64,000 nucleotides of DNA from an uncultured Acidobacteriota bacterium (GTDB taxonomy: Bacteria; Acidobacteriota; Thermoanaerobaculia; Multivoradales; UBA5704), in contig OY969474.1 in assembly GCA_963700145.1 (NCBI GenBank), positions 4,608,001-4,672,000 on the forward strand, read 5' to 3'. The notes under the pieces were generated by a model, which made no database searches, was not told where the DNA came from, and saw nothing but the letters and a program-made list of their open reading frames with translations. This document shows positions 49,110 to 59,264 of the stretch, one piece after another. A program made the position numbers and the translations under genes. The stretch's first letter is position 1, and each line of letters starts with the position of its first letter.

Positions 49110-51434
49110 ATGATGCGATCCCTCCCTCTCGCCCTCATGACCATGCTGCCGCTCGCGGCAGTCCCCGTTCCCGCCGCCGCCCAGCCGCAGCCCGAGGTCG
49201 GCATCCAGGTGCGCTTCGACGTCTCGCCGCCGCTCGCCGAGATCCCGCCCGTCGTCCCCAAGCCGGGGCCGAACCGGGAGGTCCCGAACCTGCGCTACGA
49301 CCGCCCCTCCCGCCCGGCGGCCCCGGGAGGCGATCCGCTGCTCGCCTCGTCCCAGGCCTTCGGTCCCTCCACGCCGAGCACGCCCGCGCCCATCCACAAC
49401 CTCGAAGGCATGTCCGCCGACGACAACTTCGCGCTCCTCGCCATGCGCTTCGCGCCCGCGGACCCGGTGGGGGACGTCGGGCCGACGCACTACGTCCAGG
49501 CGGTGAACCTGCTGCTCTCGGTGCACCTGAAGAGCACCGGCGCGCGGATCTTCGGGCCGGTGGCGCTCAAGACCCTGTGGTCCGGCTTCGGCGGCCTCTG
49601 CGAGAGCCAGAACGACGGCGACCCGATCGTGCTCTACGACGACGCCGCCGACCGCTGGGTGATCAGCCAGTTCGCGATCGATTCGAGCTTCTCCGGCCAC
49701 CAGTGCATCGCCGTCTCGACCACCGGCAACCCCACCGGCTCCTACCACCGCTACGACTTCGCGATGACCCCCGGCTTCCTCAACGACTACCCCAAGATCG
49801 CCGTCTGGCCGGACGGCTACTACATGAGCGTCAACGAGTTCGACGACCTGGGCTACTTCTACGGCGTGACGGTGGTCGCGTTCGAGCGCGCGCCGATGTT
49901 GGCCGGCGCCTCGGCCCAGATGGTCCTGTTCCATCCCTACCCCTGCGGCATGTTCAACCCCCCCGTGCCCGAGTGCCCGTTCAGCCTGCAGCCGGCGCAC
50001 TGGGAGGGCGGGACGCCGCCCCCCGGCGGGACGCCCAACCCCTTCCTCATGGCCTGGGACGACGAGGTCAACGGCACCGGCGCCAACCCGGACGGCTACC
50101 GCCTCTACGACTTCGCGGTCAACTGGGCGACTCCGGCAAGCTCCACCTTCACCGCCCGGCCGCACGTCACGTCCCCGGAGCTCGACCGCCAGATCGTCGA
50201 CGTGCCGCAGCCCGGGTCCGGCGAGGACCTCGACGCGCTGGCCGACTACACGATGTACCGCCTGCAGTACCGCAGCTTCGGCGGCTACGAGGCCCTGGTG
50301 ACCAACCACACGGTCGACGTCAACGGCGCGGACCTCGCCGGCATCCGCTGGGCGGAGCTGCGCCGCAGCGGCGGCGGCGGCTGGACCCTGCACCAGACCG
50401 GCACCCACGCGCCGGCCGACGGCCTCCACCGCTGGAACGGCAGCATCGCGATGGACGGCTTCGGGCACATCGCCCTCGGCTACAACGTGGTCTCGTCGTC
50501 GAAGCACGCCTCGATCCGCTACGTCAGCCGGGCGGCGGCCGATCCGCTCGGCACCCTGCCCGGCGGCGAGATCGAGCTGGTCGCCGGCTCGGGCGTGCAG
50601 CGGGACTCGGGCAACCGCTGGGGGGACTACGCGGCGCTGAGCGTCGACCCGGCCGACGACTGCACCTTCTGGCTCACCCAGGAGTACCTGACCGACACCG
50701 GCCAGTACGACTGGAAGACCCGCATCGGCGCCTTCGACCTGTGCGGCGCCGGCTGCACGCCGACGGAGAGCCCGGAGGTGAGCTGCGCCGACGGCCTCGA
50801 CAACGACTGCGACGGCCTGACCGACGCGGCCGACCCCGACTGCGGCGGCCCGCCGCCGCCCACCACCACCACCTTCACCTCGGTGGCGGCCGACGACGGC
50901 TACGTCCTCGAGTCGGGCGAGAACACCAACGTCGGCGGCTCGAACAAGAGCAACGACAGCGGCACCAGCGCCCTCCGCGCCGGCGACAACCAGCAGGACC
51001 GGCAGTACCGCAGCGTCCTCTCGTTCGACACCGCGCCGATCCCGGACGGCGCCACGGTCCAGACCGTGACCCTGCGCGTGCGGCGCGGGTCGCTGACCGG
51101 CACCAGTCCCTTCACCACCCACGGCAGCCTGACCGCGGACGTCCGCACCGGCGGCTTCAACGGCAACGCCGCCCTGGAGAACGCCGACTTCCAGGCCGCG
51201 GCGACCGCGACGGCCGTCTGCACGCTGTCCAACGCCCCGGCCAACGGCGACTGGTCGGAGTGCACACTCGACGCCGCCGGCCTCGCGGCCGTCAACAAGA
51301 CCGGCAAGACCCAGGTCCGCATCCGCTTCACGACTGACGACAACGACGACACCGGCAACGACTACCTGGGCTATTACTCGGGCGACAACGGGACCGCGGC
51401 GAACCGGCCGCAGCTGGTGGTGACGTACCAGTAG
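49110..51434 (+). CDS. Large secreted protein with a Cys/Asp-rich repeat and C-terminal DNRLRE/CBM-like domain
   Basis: Signal peptide; GDVGPTHYVQAVN; DYPK; RWGDY; CADGLDNDCDGLTD..DPDC; RPQLVVTY. Confidence 0.8.
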   Translation: MMRSLPLALMTMLPLAAVPVPAAAQPQPEVGIQVRFDVSPPLAEIPPVVPKPGPNREVPNLRYDRPSRPAAPGGDPLLASSQAFGPSTPSTPAPIHNLEGMSADDNFALLAMRFAPADPVGDVGPTHYVQAVNLLLSVHLKSTGARIFGPVALKTLWSGFGGLCESQNDGDPIVLYDDAADRWVISQFAIDSSFSGHQCIAVSTTGNPTGSYHRYDFAMTPGFLNDYPKIAVWPDGYYMSVNEFDDLGYFYGVTVVAFERAPMLAGASAQMVLFHPYPCGMFNPPVPECPFSLQPAHWEGGTPPPGGTPNPFLMAWDDEVNGTGANPDGYRLYDFAVNWATPASSTFTARPHVTSPELDRQIVDVPQPGSGEDLDALADYTMYRLQYRSFGGYEALVTNHTVDVNGADLAGIRWAELRRSGGGGWTLHQTGTHAPADGLHRWNGSIAMDGFGHIALGYNVVSSSKHASIRYVSRAAADPLGTLPGGEIELVAGSGVQRDSGNRWGDYAALSVDPADDCTFWLTQEYLTDTGQYDWKTRIGAFDLCGAGCTPTESPEVSCADGLDNDCDGLTDAADPDCGGPPPPTTTTFTSVAADDGYVLESGENTNVGGSNKSNDSGTSALRAGDNQQDRQYRSVLSFDTAPIPDGATVQTVTLRVRRGSLTGTSPFTTHGSLTADVRTGGFNGNAALENADFQAAATATAVCTLSNAPANGDWSECTLDAAGLAAVNKTGKTQVRIRFTTDDNDDTGNDYLGYYSGDNGTAANRPQLVVTYQ

Positions 51435-51505
51435 CCGCCGGGCCGGGGCGCGGTTTGACCGCTCCGCCCGCGGCGGAGTAGTTTCTGCGGCCGACTCTCC
51501 CGGTC

Positions 51506-53536
51506 ATGCCGAGCAGCGCCTCTCTCGCGGTCAGCCTCGCCCTGCTCGCGGCCCCGCTGGCCGCGGCGCCGCGCCCGGTCACCGTCGCCGACCTGATGGC
51601 GCTGCGCTCCATCCTCGAGGTGCGGATCTCGCCCGACGGCCGGCAGGTGGCCTACGTCGTCTCTACGCCCTCCTTCGAGAAGGCCGAGCACGAGGCGGCG
51701 CTCTGGCTGGTGCCGGCGGCCGGCGGCGCGCCGGTGCGGCTGACCTGGGGCACCCGCATCTTCAACAAGCCGCGCCCCGTGCCGCGCCTGCGCTGGTCGC
51801 CGGACGGCACCCGCCTCTCCTTCCTCGCCTTCGCCGGCGAGCAGCCGCAGGTCTTCGCCCTCGACGTGCGCGGCGGCGAGGCCCGGGCCTTGACCGCCAG
51901 CCCGCAGGGGGTCGGCGACTACGCCTGGTCGCCCGACGGCGCGCACCTCGCCTACCTGGCCCAGGACCCGCCCTCGGCCGAGGAGGAGAAGCGGCGCAAG
52001 GAGAGGTCGTTCGTCGTCGAGGTGGACCGCCAGGACCGCCCGCCGCGGCTCTGGGTGCAGGACCTCGCCGGCGGCGCCGCGCGGGCGCTGAGCCCGCAGG
52101 AGCACTTCGTGGCCGGCCTCGACTGGTCGCCCGACGGCGCCAGCGTCGCCTACGCCGCTTCGCTGCAGCCCGGCTTCGTGGGGCAGTTCCACACCCGGAT
52201 CTACGCCGTCCCCGCCGCCGGCGGCGCGCCGCGCGTCGTCGTCGACCGCGACGGCATGAACACCTCGCCGCAGTGGTCGCCCGACGGCCGCTGGCTCGCC
52301 TTCGTCTCCACCGACGGCCGGCCGGAGATGGTCTCGGCCTGGGGGCTGCACCTGGCGCCGGCCGCGGGCGGCGACCCGCGGCGCATCCGCAACCTGACGC
52401 CCGACGGCTGGGTGGCCGAATTCGCCTGGGCGCCGGACAGCGGCTCGCTCCTCGCCGTGACCGCCATGAGCCCGTCGCAGCGCGGGGCGCGCATGTTCGA
52501 GCAGCCGCTCCTGCGCCTCTGGCTCGACGGGCGCCGCGAGGAGCTGGACCCCGGGCCCTACGTCCACTTCGCGCCGTCGCTCAGCCGCGACGGGCGGCGG
52601 CTCGCCTTCCGGTCGGTCGAGGCGCTCACCATGGGCGACGTCTTCGTCCTCGACCTCGACGCCCGGGGCGGCGGCGGCCGGCCGCGGCGCCTGACCGAGG
52701 TCAACCCGGAGCTCGCGGAGCTGGCGCTGGGGAAGCTCGAGCCGATCCGCTGGACCTCATCCGCCGGCGGCATGGAGATCTGGGGGCTGCTGCTCATGCC
52801 GCCCGGCGCGGCGCCCGGGCGCCGCCTGCCGCTGGTGGTCTACGTCCACGGCGGGCCGATGGGCGGCTTCACCTACGGCGTCTTCCCGCAGTTCATCCAC
52901 GCGGTGGGACAGGTCGAGCCCTACGCGGTGCAGGCGATGGCCAGCGCCGGCATGGCGGTCCTGATGCCGATGCCGCGCGGCGGCGCGGGGTACGGCGAGG
53001 CCGGCTTCCACATGATCAAGAACGCCTGGGGCGAGGACGACTACCGGGACATCCTGAGCGGCGTCGATCACCTGGTGAAGCAGGGGATCGCCGATCCCGA
53101 CCGCCTGGGCGTCATGGGCGCCTCCTACGGCGGCTACATGACCAACTGGATCGTCACCCAGACCGACCGCTTCAAGGCGGCCTCGGCGATGTGCGGCATC
53201 AGCGACATCACCGACCTCTACTACCTCTCGGACGCCGGCGAGGTCACGCGCGAGTACTTCGGCCTGCCCTGGGAGGCGCCGGCGGCCTACGCCGAGCACT
53301 CGGCCCTGACCTACGTCTCCCGGGTGACGACGCCGCTCCTCATCCAGCACGGCGAGAACGACCGCCGCGTGCCGATCGCCGGCAGCACCAAGCTTTACCG
53401 GGCGCTCCGCGACCAGGGGAAGGTCGTCGAGATGGAGATCTACCCGCGCGGCGGGCACGTCATCTACGAGCCCGCGCTCGAGCAGGAGATCATGCGCCGC
53501 AACCTCGAATGGTTTCGGAGGTGGCTGAAGCCCTGA
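51506..53536 (+). CDS. S9 family peptidase with beta-propeller
   Basis: WSPDG repeats, HGGP, GASYGG, HGEND.RV, GGH. Confidence 0.95.
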   Translation: MPSSASLAVSLALLAAPLAAAPRPVTVADLMALRSILEVRISPDGRQVAYVVSTPSFEKAEHEAALWLVPAAGGAPVRLTWGTRIFNKPRPVPRLRWSPDGTRLSFLAFAGEQPQVFALDVRGGEARALTASPQGVGDYAWSPDGAHLAYLAQDPPSAEEEKRRKERSFVVEVDRQDRPPRLWVQDLAGGAARALSPQEHFVAGLDWSPDGASVAYAASLQPGFVGQFHTRIYAVPAAGGAPRVVVDRDGMNTSPQWSPDGRWLAFVSTDGRPEMVSAWGLHLAPAAGGDPRRIRNLTPDGWVAEFAWAPDSGSLLAVTAMSPSQRGARMFEQPLLRLWLDGRREELDPGPYVHFAPSLSRDGRRLAFRSVEALTMGDVFVLDLDARGGGGRPRRLTEVNPELAELALGKLEPIRWTSSAGGMEIWGLLLMPPGAAPGRRLPLVVYVHGGPMGGFTYGVFPQFIHAVGQVEPYAVQAMASAGMAVLMPMPRGGAGYGEAGFHMIKNAWGEDDYRDILSGVDHLVKQGIADPDRLGVMGASYGGYMTNWIVTQTDRFKAASAMCGISDITDLYYLSDAGEVTREYFGLPWEAPAAYAEHSALTYVSRVTTPLLIQHGENDRRVPIAGSTKLYRALRDQGKVVEMEIYPRGGHVIYEPALEQEIMRRNLEWFRRWLKP

Positions 53537-53539
53537 GGC

Positions 53540-54325
53540 TCAGGGCAGGCCGCGGACGTAGCCGCCGTCGACCGGGATCGCCTGGCCGGTGACGAAGGAA
53601 GCCGCCGGGGAGCAGAGGAAGGCGACCACTTCGCCGATCTCCTCCGGCTCGCCGAGGCGGCCGATCGGGGCGCTGGCCGCCCAGGCGGCGATGAGCTCCT
53701 CGGCGGGGCGGCCGGTGCGTTGCGAGGTGGCCGCCGCCAGCTCCTGCTGGCGCTCGGTGCGGGTGTGGCCGGGGAGGACGGCGTTGACCGTCACCCCCTC
53801 CGCCGCCACTTCCTGCGACAACGTCTTGAGGTAGCCGAGGACCGCCGGGCGGAGGGCGTTCGAGAGGGCGAGGTTGGGGATCGGCTGGCGCGCCGAGACC
53901 GAGTTGATCGCCACGATGCGGCCCCAGCGCCGGGCGCGCATGCCGGGCAAGACGAGGTTGCAGAGGCGCGGCACGAAAAGGAGGGTGAGCGGGATGGCCG
54001 CCTGCCAGTCCTCGTCGGTCAGCTCGAGCGCCGGCTTCGCCGTCGGCCCGCCGCCGTTGGCGACCAGGACGTCCACCCCGCCGGCGGCGCGCTCGGCCTC
54101 GGCGACGAGGCGCGCCAGCGCCTCGGGGTCGCGAACGTCGGCGGGGACGGCGAAGACCTCGCCACCCTCGCCGGCCAGCTCCTCCCGCGCCCGCTCCAGG
54201 TGCTCCCCGCCGCGGCTGGCGACCACCAGCCGCGCCCCCCGCCGCGCCAGCGCCCGCGCGCAAGCGAACCCCAGCCCGCGCGAGGCCCCGGTCACCAGCG
54301 CCGTCTTGCCGGTGAGGTCGGTCAG
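53540..54325 (-). CDS. SDR family oxidoreductase
   Basis: [28 protein letters not shown]; probable CTG start at 54325. Confidence 0.92.
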   Translation of the reverse strand: MTDLTGKTALVTGASRGLGFACARALARRGARLVVASRGGEHLERAREELAGEGGEVFAVPADVRDPEALARLVAEAERAAGGVDVLVANGGGPTAKPALELTDEDWQAAIPLTLLFVPRLCNLVLPGMRARRWGRIVAINSVSARQPIPNLALSNALRPAVLGYLKTLSQEVAAEGVTVNAVLPGHTRTERQQELAAATSQRTGRPAEELIAAWAASAPIGRLGEPEEIGEVVAFLCSPAASFVTGQAIPVDGGYVRGLP

Positions 54326-54444
54326 GGCAGGAGCTTCCGCCGCAGGTCCTCCCTTTTGGCGCGCCGGTCATGCCATGTGACGAAGACCGTGAACAGGAGG
54401 GCAGACAGCGCGACCCCGCCGAGCATGAAGTAAAGGGGTTCCAT
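54322..54444 (-). CDS. 40-aa single-TM microprotein [40 protein letters not shown]
   Basis: TGATG-coupled to the upstream ORF; hydrophobic helix plus basic tail; not in the ORF track. Confidence 0.65.
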   Translation of the reverse strand: MEPLYFMLGGVALSALLFTVFVTWHDRRAKREDLRRKLLP

Positions 54445-54602
54445 CAGCTTGCTCCTTCCGCAGAGTACAGCAACCAGGCTGCCATACCGAAAAGGGCCAA
54501 CCAGATTGCGAAGCCCACTAGGGCGAGCCGCCAGTCGAAGCCGCCGGCGCCGAAGAACTGCGCCACCACCAGGCCGCCCAGGACCAGGTTGCCCGTGTCC
54601 AT
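54444..54602 (-). CDS. Small two-TM membrane protein
   Basis: (LAEKL)MDTGNLVLGGLVVAQF...; true start may lie further upstream. Confidence 0.6.
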   Translation of the reverse strand: MDTGNLVLGGLVVAQFFGAGGFDWRLALVGFAIWLALFGMAAWLLYSAEGAS

Positions 54603-54660
54603 GAGCTTCTCGGCCAGCGGCGGGCGCAGCGTGTTGAACGAGCCGCGGCGGCCCCCATTT

Positions 54661-55539
54661 TCACCCGATCCTCTCTCCATGCTCGTTATAGACGTAAACG
54701 CCGCGTCCAACTTTGCGCCCCAGCCGCCCGGCGCGGACGTGCTGGACGAGGAGGTTGCTCGGGCGGTAGGCCTCGCCGAGGGTCTTGTGCAGGAACTCCA
54801 GGATCGAAAGGCGCACGTCGAGGCCGACGAGGTCCACCATCTCGAACGGGCCCATCGGGTGGTTCAAGCCGAGCTTGAGCGCCTTGTCGATGTCCTCGGC
54901 GCTCGCCACCCCCTCCTGCAGCATGCGGAAGGCTTCGTTGCCGATCAGGGCGTTGATGCGCGAGGTCACGAACCCCGGCGCCTCGTTGACCAGCACGACC
55001 TCCTTGCCCATCCGCTCGCCGACGGCGCGCATGGCCGCGAGCGTCTCCTCCGAGGTCTGGAGCCCGCGCACCAGCTCGATCAGCCGCATCAAGTGCACCG
55101 GGTTGAAGAAGTGCATGCCGGCGAAGCGCTCGGGGCGGCCGGAGGCGGCGGCCATCTCCGTCACCGACAGGGCTGAGGTGTTGGTGGCGAAGAGCGCCTC
55201 CGCCGGCGCGTGCCGCGCCACCTCGCGGAAGGTCTCGACCTTGAGCGCGATGTCCTCGGGCACGGCCTCGATGACCAGGTCCGCGCCGGTCACCGCCTCG
55301 CCGAGGTCGGTGTGGGTCGAGATCGCCCCCCTCGCCCGCTCGGCGACGTCGGCGTCGAGCTTCTTCAGCTCCACCCCCTTCGCCAGGTTCTTCTCGATCG
55401 ACGCCCGCGCCTTCTCCAGCACGGCCTCGGCGACGTCGAAGAGCCGCGTCCCGTACCCCGCCACCGCCGCCACGTGCGCGATCCCGCGCCCCATGGTGCC
55501 CGCCCCCAGCGCCGCGACGGTGCGGATCTCCGGGTTCAT
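54661..55539 (-). CDS. 3-hydroxyacyl-CoA dehydrogenase
   Basis: LGAGTMGRGIA, EAVPE, TNTS, GMHFFNP, HPMGP, GRLGRK. Confidence 0.95.
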   Translation of the reverse strand: MNPEIRTVAALGAGTMGRGIAHVAAVAGYGTRLFDVAEAVLEKARASIEKNLAKGVELKKLDADVAERARGAISTHTDLGEAVTGADLVIEAVPEDIALKVETFREVARHAPAEALFATNTSALSVTEMAAASGRPERFAGMHFFNPVHLMRLIELVRGLQTSEETLAAMRAVGERMGKEVVLVNEAPGFVTSRINALIGNEAFRMLQEGVASAEDIDKALKLGLNHPMGPFEMVDLVGLDVRLSILEFLHKTLGEAYRPSNLLVQHVRAGRLGRKVGRGVYVYNEHGERIG

Positions 55540-55547
55540 TTCTTCCT

Positions 55548-56207
55548 CTAGGAAACGGGCAGGTTGTGCAGGCCGGTGGCCTTGGCCGAGAGGTTGCGCA
55601 GCTCGTCGGCGATCGCCAGGGTGTTGCGCACCGCCGCGGCCGCCAGCTCCTGCAGCTCGGGGGTGGTGGCGTACTTCTCGACGATCTCGCGGCCGAGCAG
55701 GTGGTGGTGGTACTCCTCGGGCTGGATCACCTCGTCGTAGAGGCGCGCCGTCTCGCGGTCGCCGACCGACTCGCAGAAGCGGACGAACTGCTGGTTGCGG
55801 ACGTGGGCGATCGCCTCGCTGGCGAAGGGCCCGGCGGCGATCCGCTCGACGGTGGTCCGCAGGCCGCGCTGGTACTGGTAGAGCGGGCTGTGGCCGTCGG
55901 CCAGCGGGTCGAAGCCGGCGAGGTGCTCGCCCAGCTCGGCCAGGCGCTGGCTGATCAGGCCGTAGTGGCGCATCTCGTCGCCGCACTGCTGCGCCAAGAC
56001 CACCTTGGCGTCCAGCTCGGCGGTCGAGGGGAGCCAGAAGGCGGCCAGCTCGCTCGCCTCGAGCTCGCTCTTGAGCGCCAGCTTGAGGAGCGTCACGACG
56101 TCGATCGGGCCGCCCGACTCCGACTCCAGCGCCTCGGTCTCGCCGAGACGGGCGAAGAGCGTCTGCATCTCCTCGACCAGGCTGGTGACGAACTCCTTGC
56201 CGTCCAC
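55548..56207 (-). CDS. Ferritin-like di-iron protein
   Basis: E...DEMRH...E...EEYHH ligand pattern. Confidence 0.8.
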   Translation of the reverse strand: MDGKEFVTSLVEEMQTLFARLGETEALESESGGPIDVVTLLKLALKSELEASELAAFWLPSTAELDAKVVLAQQCGDEMRHYGLISQRLAELGEHLAGFDPLADGHSPLYQYQRGLRTTVERIAAGPFASEAIAHVRNQQFVRFCESVGDRETARLYDEVIQPEEYHHHLLGREIVEKYATTPELQELAAAAVRNTLAIADELRNLSAKATGLHNLPVS

Positions 56208-56216
56208 GGGGCGAGC

Positions 56217-56837
56217 CTACTCCAAACTCCGCAGCACCGCCCGCACCGGCGAGGCGTCCATGCCGGCGAGCTTGAGCGGCAGGGCGATCAGCTCGTAGAC
56301 CCCCTCGGGCACGCCGTCGAGCACCAGCCCCTCGAGGATGGCGACGCCGCCGCGCACCAGGGCGTGGTGCGCCGGCAGCTCCGTGCTGCCGAAGGGATCG
56401 ACCGACGGCGTGTCGAGGCCGACCAGGAGCACGCCGTGCGCAGCGAGGAGCGCCGCCAGCTCGGGCGACAGCGCGGTGAAGCGCTCGGGGAAGGCGCGGC
56501 GGTCGCGCACGCTCTCTGTGCGTAAAAGCAGGCGGCCGGGGACGGCGAGGTCGATCCCGGCGAGGTGCCGCGGCTCGACCAGCGGCGGCGCCGGCACCTT
56601 GACCACCCGGCAGGCGCCGAGGAAGGGCTCGAGCGGCAGCGCGTCGATCGCGGCGCCGCCCGCTGCGACGTGGCAGGGCGCGTCGACGTGCGCGCCGAGG
56701 TGCAGCGTTGTCGTCACCGTCGCCACGCTCGCCGGATCGCCGGCCGCGAGCGAGGCGGCCGGCCGCGCCGAAAAGTGCTCGTCGCCCGGCCACACCGGCG
56801 TCTCCGGGCGGACGGTGGGGGAGATGTCGTAGAGCAC
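56217..56837 (-). CDS. kynB: Cyclase family / kynurenine formamidase
   Basis: YDIS, WPGD, HLGAHVDAP.H, GLDTPSVD, ILEGL, DASPVRA. Confidence 0.85.
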   Translation of the reverse strand: MLYDISPTVRPETPVWPGDEHFSARPAASLAAGDPASVATVTTTLHLGAHVDAPCHVAAGGAAIDALPLEPFLGACRVVKVPAPPLVEPRHLAGIDLAVPGRLLLRTESVRDRRAFPERFTALSPELAALLAAHGVLLVGLDTPSVDPFGSTELPAHHALVRGGVAILEGLVLDGVPEGVYELIALPLKLAGMDASPVRAVLRSLE

Positions 56838-56874
56838 GAGGGGGGCCTCCTGGCGTGGATCATAGGCGCGGGGG

Positions 56875-58749
56875 TTGCACTTGCCCGCCGCCGTGGCCTC
56901 CTACCCGCCGATCGGCGACTACGCCCTGCTGGGCGACTGCCGGAGCGCCGCGCTGGTCTCGCGCGGCGGGTCGCTCGACTGGCTCTGCCTGCCGCGCTTC
57001 GACGGGCCGTCGGTCTTCGGCGCCCTCCTCGACGCCGAGCGCGGCGGGCGCTTCGCGGTCGGCCCGGCGGTGCCGGCGCAAGCCCGCCGCCGCTACCTCC
57101 CGAACAGCAACGTCCTCGAGACCACCTTCGAGGGGGCCGGCGGCGTCCTCCGCCTGACCGACGCGATGACCGTCGCCGCCGAGGCGGACAAGCGGCGCGA
57201 GCTGCTGCCCGAGCACGAGGTGCTGCGCGCCGTCGAGTGCCTGGAGGGGGAGGTGGAGGTCGCGGTGGTCTTCGACCCGCGCCCCGACTACGGCCGACGC
57301 GTGCCGGAGATCCGCGCCGGCCGGCCGGGCGAGTTCTACGTCGGCGACGCGCGCGACGTCCTCGTGCTGCGCAGCGAGATCGACCTCGCCGCCGCCCCCG
57401 GGCGCCCCGGCTTGTCCGGCCGCGCGCGCCTCCGCGCCGGCGAGCGGCGGCTCCTCTCGCTCGCCGCCGACCGCGGCGACCCGGCGGTGCTGCCGCCGCT
57501 CGGCGACGCCGCCCTGGCCCGCCTCGACCGCACTCGCCGCTGGTGGGAGGCGTGGGCCGGGCGCTGCCGCTACGAGGGGCCGCAGGCGGCGGCGGTGGTG
57601 CGCAGCGCCCTCGCCCTGCGGCTGCTGCTCTACGCCCCCTCGGGGGCCTTCGTCGCCGCGCCGACCACCTCGCTCCCCGAGTCGCCGGGCGGCATCCGCA
57701 ACTGGGACTACCGCTACTGCTGGCTGCGCGACGCCTCCTGGACGCTCGAAGCGCTCCTCGACCTCGGGTACGAGGAGGAGGCCACGGCCTTCTTCTCCTG
57801 GCTCCTCCACGCCACCCACTGCCACCGCCGCGGGCTGCGCGTCGTCTACGACCTGCACGGCGAGGAGGCGCCGGACGAGCGCGAGCTGGCGCACCTCGCG
57901 GGCTACGGCGGGGCGCGGCCGGTGCGGGTAGGCAACGGCGCCAAGCAGCAGCTGCAGCTCGATATCTTCGGCGAGGTGGTGGACACGGCCTACCAGTTCG
58001 TCGCCCGCGGCGGCACGCTCGACGGCGCCCAGGGGCGGCTCCTCGCCGCGATGGGGGAGGCGGTCTGCCGCCTCTGGCGCGAGCCCGACCAGGGCCTCTG
58101 GGAGCAGCGCGCCGGCGCCCGCCACCACACCTTCTCGAAAGCGATGTGCTGGGTGGCGCTCGACCGGCTGGTCAAGCTCGCCGAGCGCGGGCTGGTGCGC
58201 CTGCCGGCCGCAGGCTTCCGGCGCCAGCGCGACGCGATCCGCGCCGTGGTCGAGAGCCGCGGCTGGAGCGAGCGGCTCGGCAGCTACGTCGACGAGCTGG
58301 ACGGCGAGGAGCTGGACGCGACGCTGCTCCTCCTTGGCGTCTACGGCTTCGAGGCGGCCGGCTCGCCGCGCATGCGCGCGACGCTGGCGCGGGTGCAGGA
58401 GCGGCTCGGGGCAGGTGACAGCGGGCTCCTCTACCGCTACCCGATGGGGCGCGACGGCCTGCCGCCGCACGAGGGGGCCTTCGGCGTCTGCGGCTTCTGG
58501 GCGGTCGAGCTGCTGGCGCGGGCCGGCGACACGGCGGCGGCGGCGGAGCGGCTCGCGCGGCTGGTCGGCTACGCCAACGACGTCGGGCTCTTCGCCGAGG
58601 AGATCGACCCCGCGACCGGCGCCGCGCTCGGCAACTTCCCGCAGGCCTTCACCCACCTGGGGCTGATCAACGCCGCGCTGGTCCTGGCCGAGTGCCTGGG
58701 GCAGGCGGCGGCGCCGGCGCGGCCGCGCAAGGCGGCGGCGCGGCTGTGA
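56875..58749 (+). CDS. Glycoside hydrolase family 15 (trehalase/glucoamylase-like)
   Basis: IGDY...DWLC.PRFD, TTSLPE..GG.RNWDYRYCW.RD, GLWE, EE, GNFPQAFTH. Confidence 0.95.
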   Translation: MHLPAAVASYPPIGDYALLGDCRSAALVSRGGSLDWLCLPRFDGPSVFGALLDAERGGRFAVGPAVPAQARRRYLPNSNVLETTFEGAGGVLRLTDAMTVAAEADKRRELLPEHEVLRAVECLEGEVEVAVVFDPRPDYGRRVPEIRAGRPGEFYVGDARDVLVLRSEIDLAAAPGRPGLSGRARLRAGERRLLSLAADRGDPAVLPPLGDAALARLDRTRRWWEAWAGRCRYEGPQAAAVVRSALALRLLLYAPSGAFVAAPTTSLPESPGGIRNWDYRYCWLRDASWTLEALLDLGYEEEATAFFSWLLHATHCHRRGLRVVYDLHGEEAPDERELAHLAGYGGARPVRVGNGAKQQLQLDIFGEVVDTAYQFVARGGTLDGAQGRLLAAMGEAVCRLWREPDQGLWEQRAGARHHTFSKAMCWVALDRLVKLAERGLVRLPAAGFRRQRDAIRAVVESRGWSERLGSYVDELDGEELDATLLLLGVYGFEAAGSPRMRATLARVQERLGAGDSGLLYRYPMGRDGLPPHEGAFGVCGFWAVELLARAGDTAAAAERLARLVGYANDVGLFAEEIDPATGAALGNFPQAFTHLGLINAALVLAECLGQAAAPARPRKAAARL

Positions 58750-59243
58750 GCGGCGGCTGGGCGATCGACTGGCCGAGCATCCTCCTCTGGGGGTTTTTCT
58801 CGACCGTCGTGCTGACGACGACGATGGCGGCGAGCCAGGGGCTGGGGCTGTCGCGGATGGGGATCCCGTTCCTGCTCGGCACGATGCTGACGCCCGACCG
58901 CAAGCGGGCCAACCTCGTCGGCTTTGCCCTCCACTTCGCCAACGGCTGGCTCTTCGCGGTCCTCTACGCCCTCGCCTTCGAGGCCTGGGGGCGGGCGACC
59001 TGGTGGCTGGGGGCGGCGCTGGGCCTGGTGCACGGCTTCGCGGTCCTGGCGGCGCTGATGCCGTTGCTGCCGAGCCTCCACCCGCGGATGGCCTCGGAGG
59101 ACCACGGCCCCGCCCCCACGCCCCAGCTCGAGCCCCCGGGCTTCCTCGCCCTCCACTACGGCCGCGGCACGCCGGCGACGACGCTTCTGGCCCACCTCCT
59201 CTACGGGGCGATCCTGGGCGGCTTCTACACGCTCTCGCGGTAA
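58746..59243 (+). CDS. Four-TM membrane protein
   Basis: GTGA overlap with GH15; His residues in TM helices. Confidence 0.8.
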   Translation: MSGGWAIDWPSILLWGFFSTVVLTTTMAASQGLGLSRMGIPFLLGTMLTPDRKRANLVGFALHFANGWLFAVLYALAFEAWGRATWWLGAALGLVHGFAVLAALMPLLPSLHPRMASEDHGPAPTPQLEPPGFLALHYGRGTPATTLLAHLLYGAILGGFYTLSR

Positions 59244-59264
59244 GATCGCCGGCCGAGGCCAACC

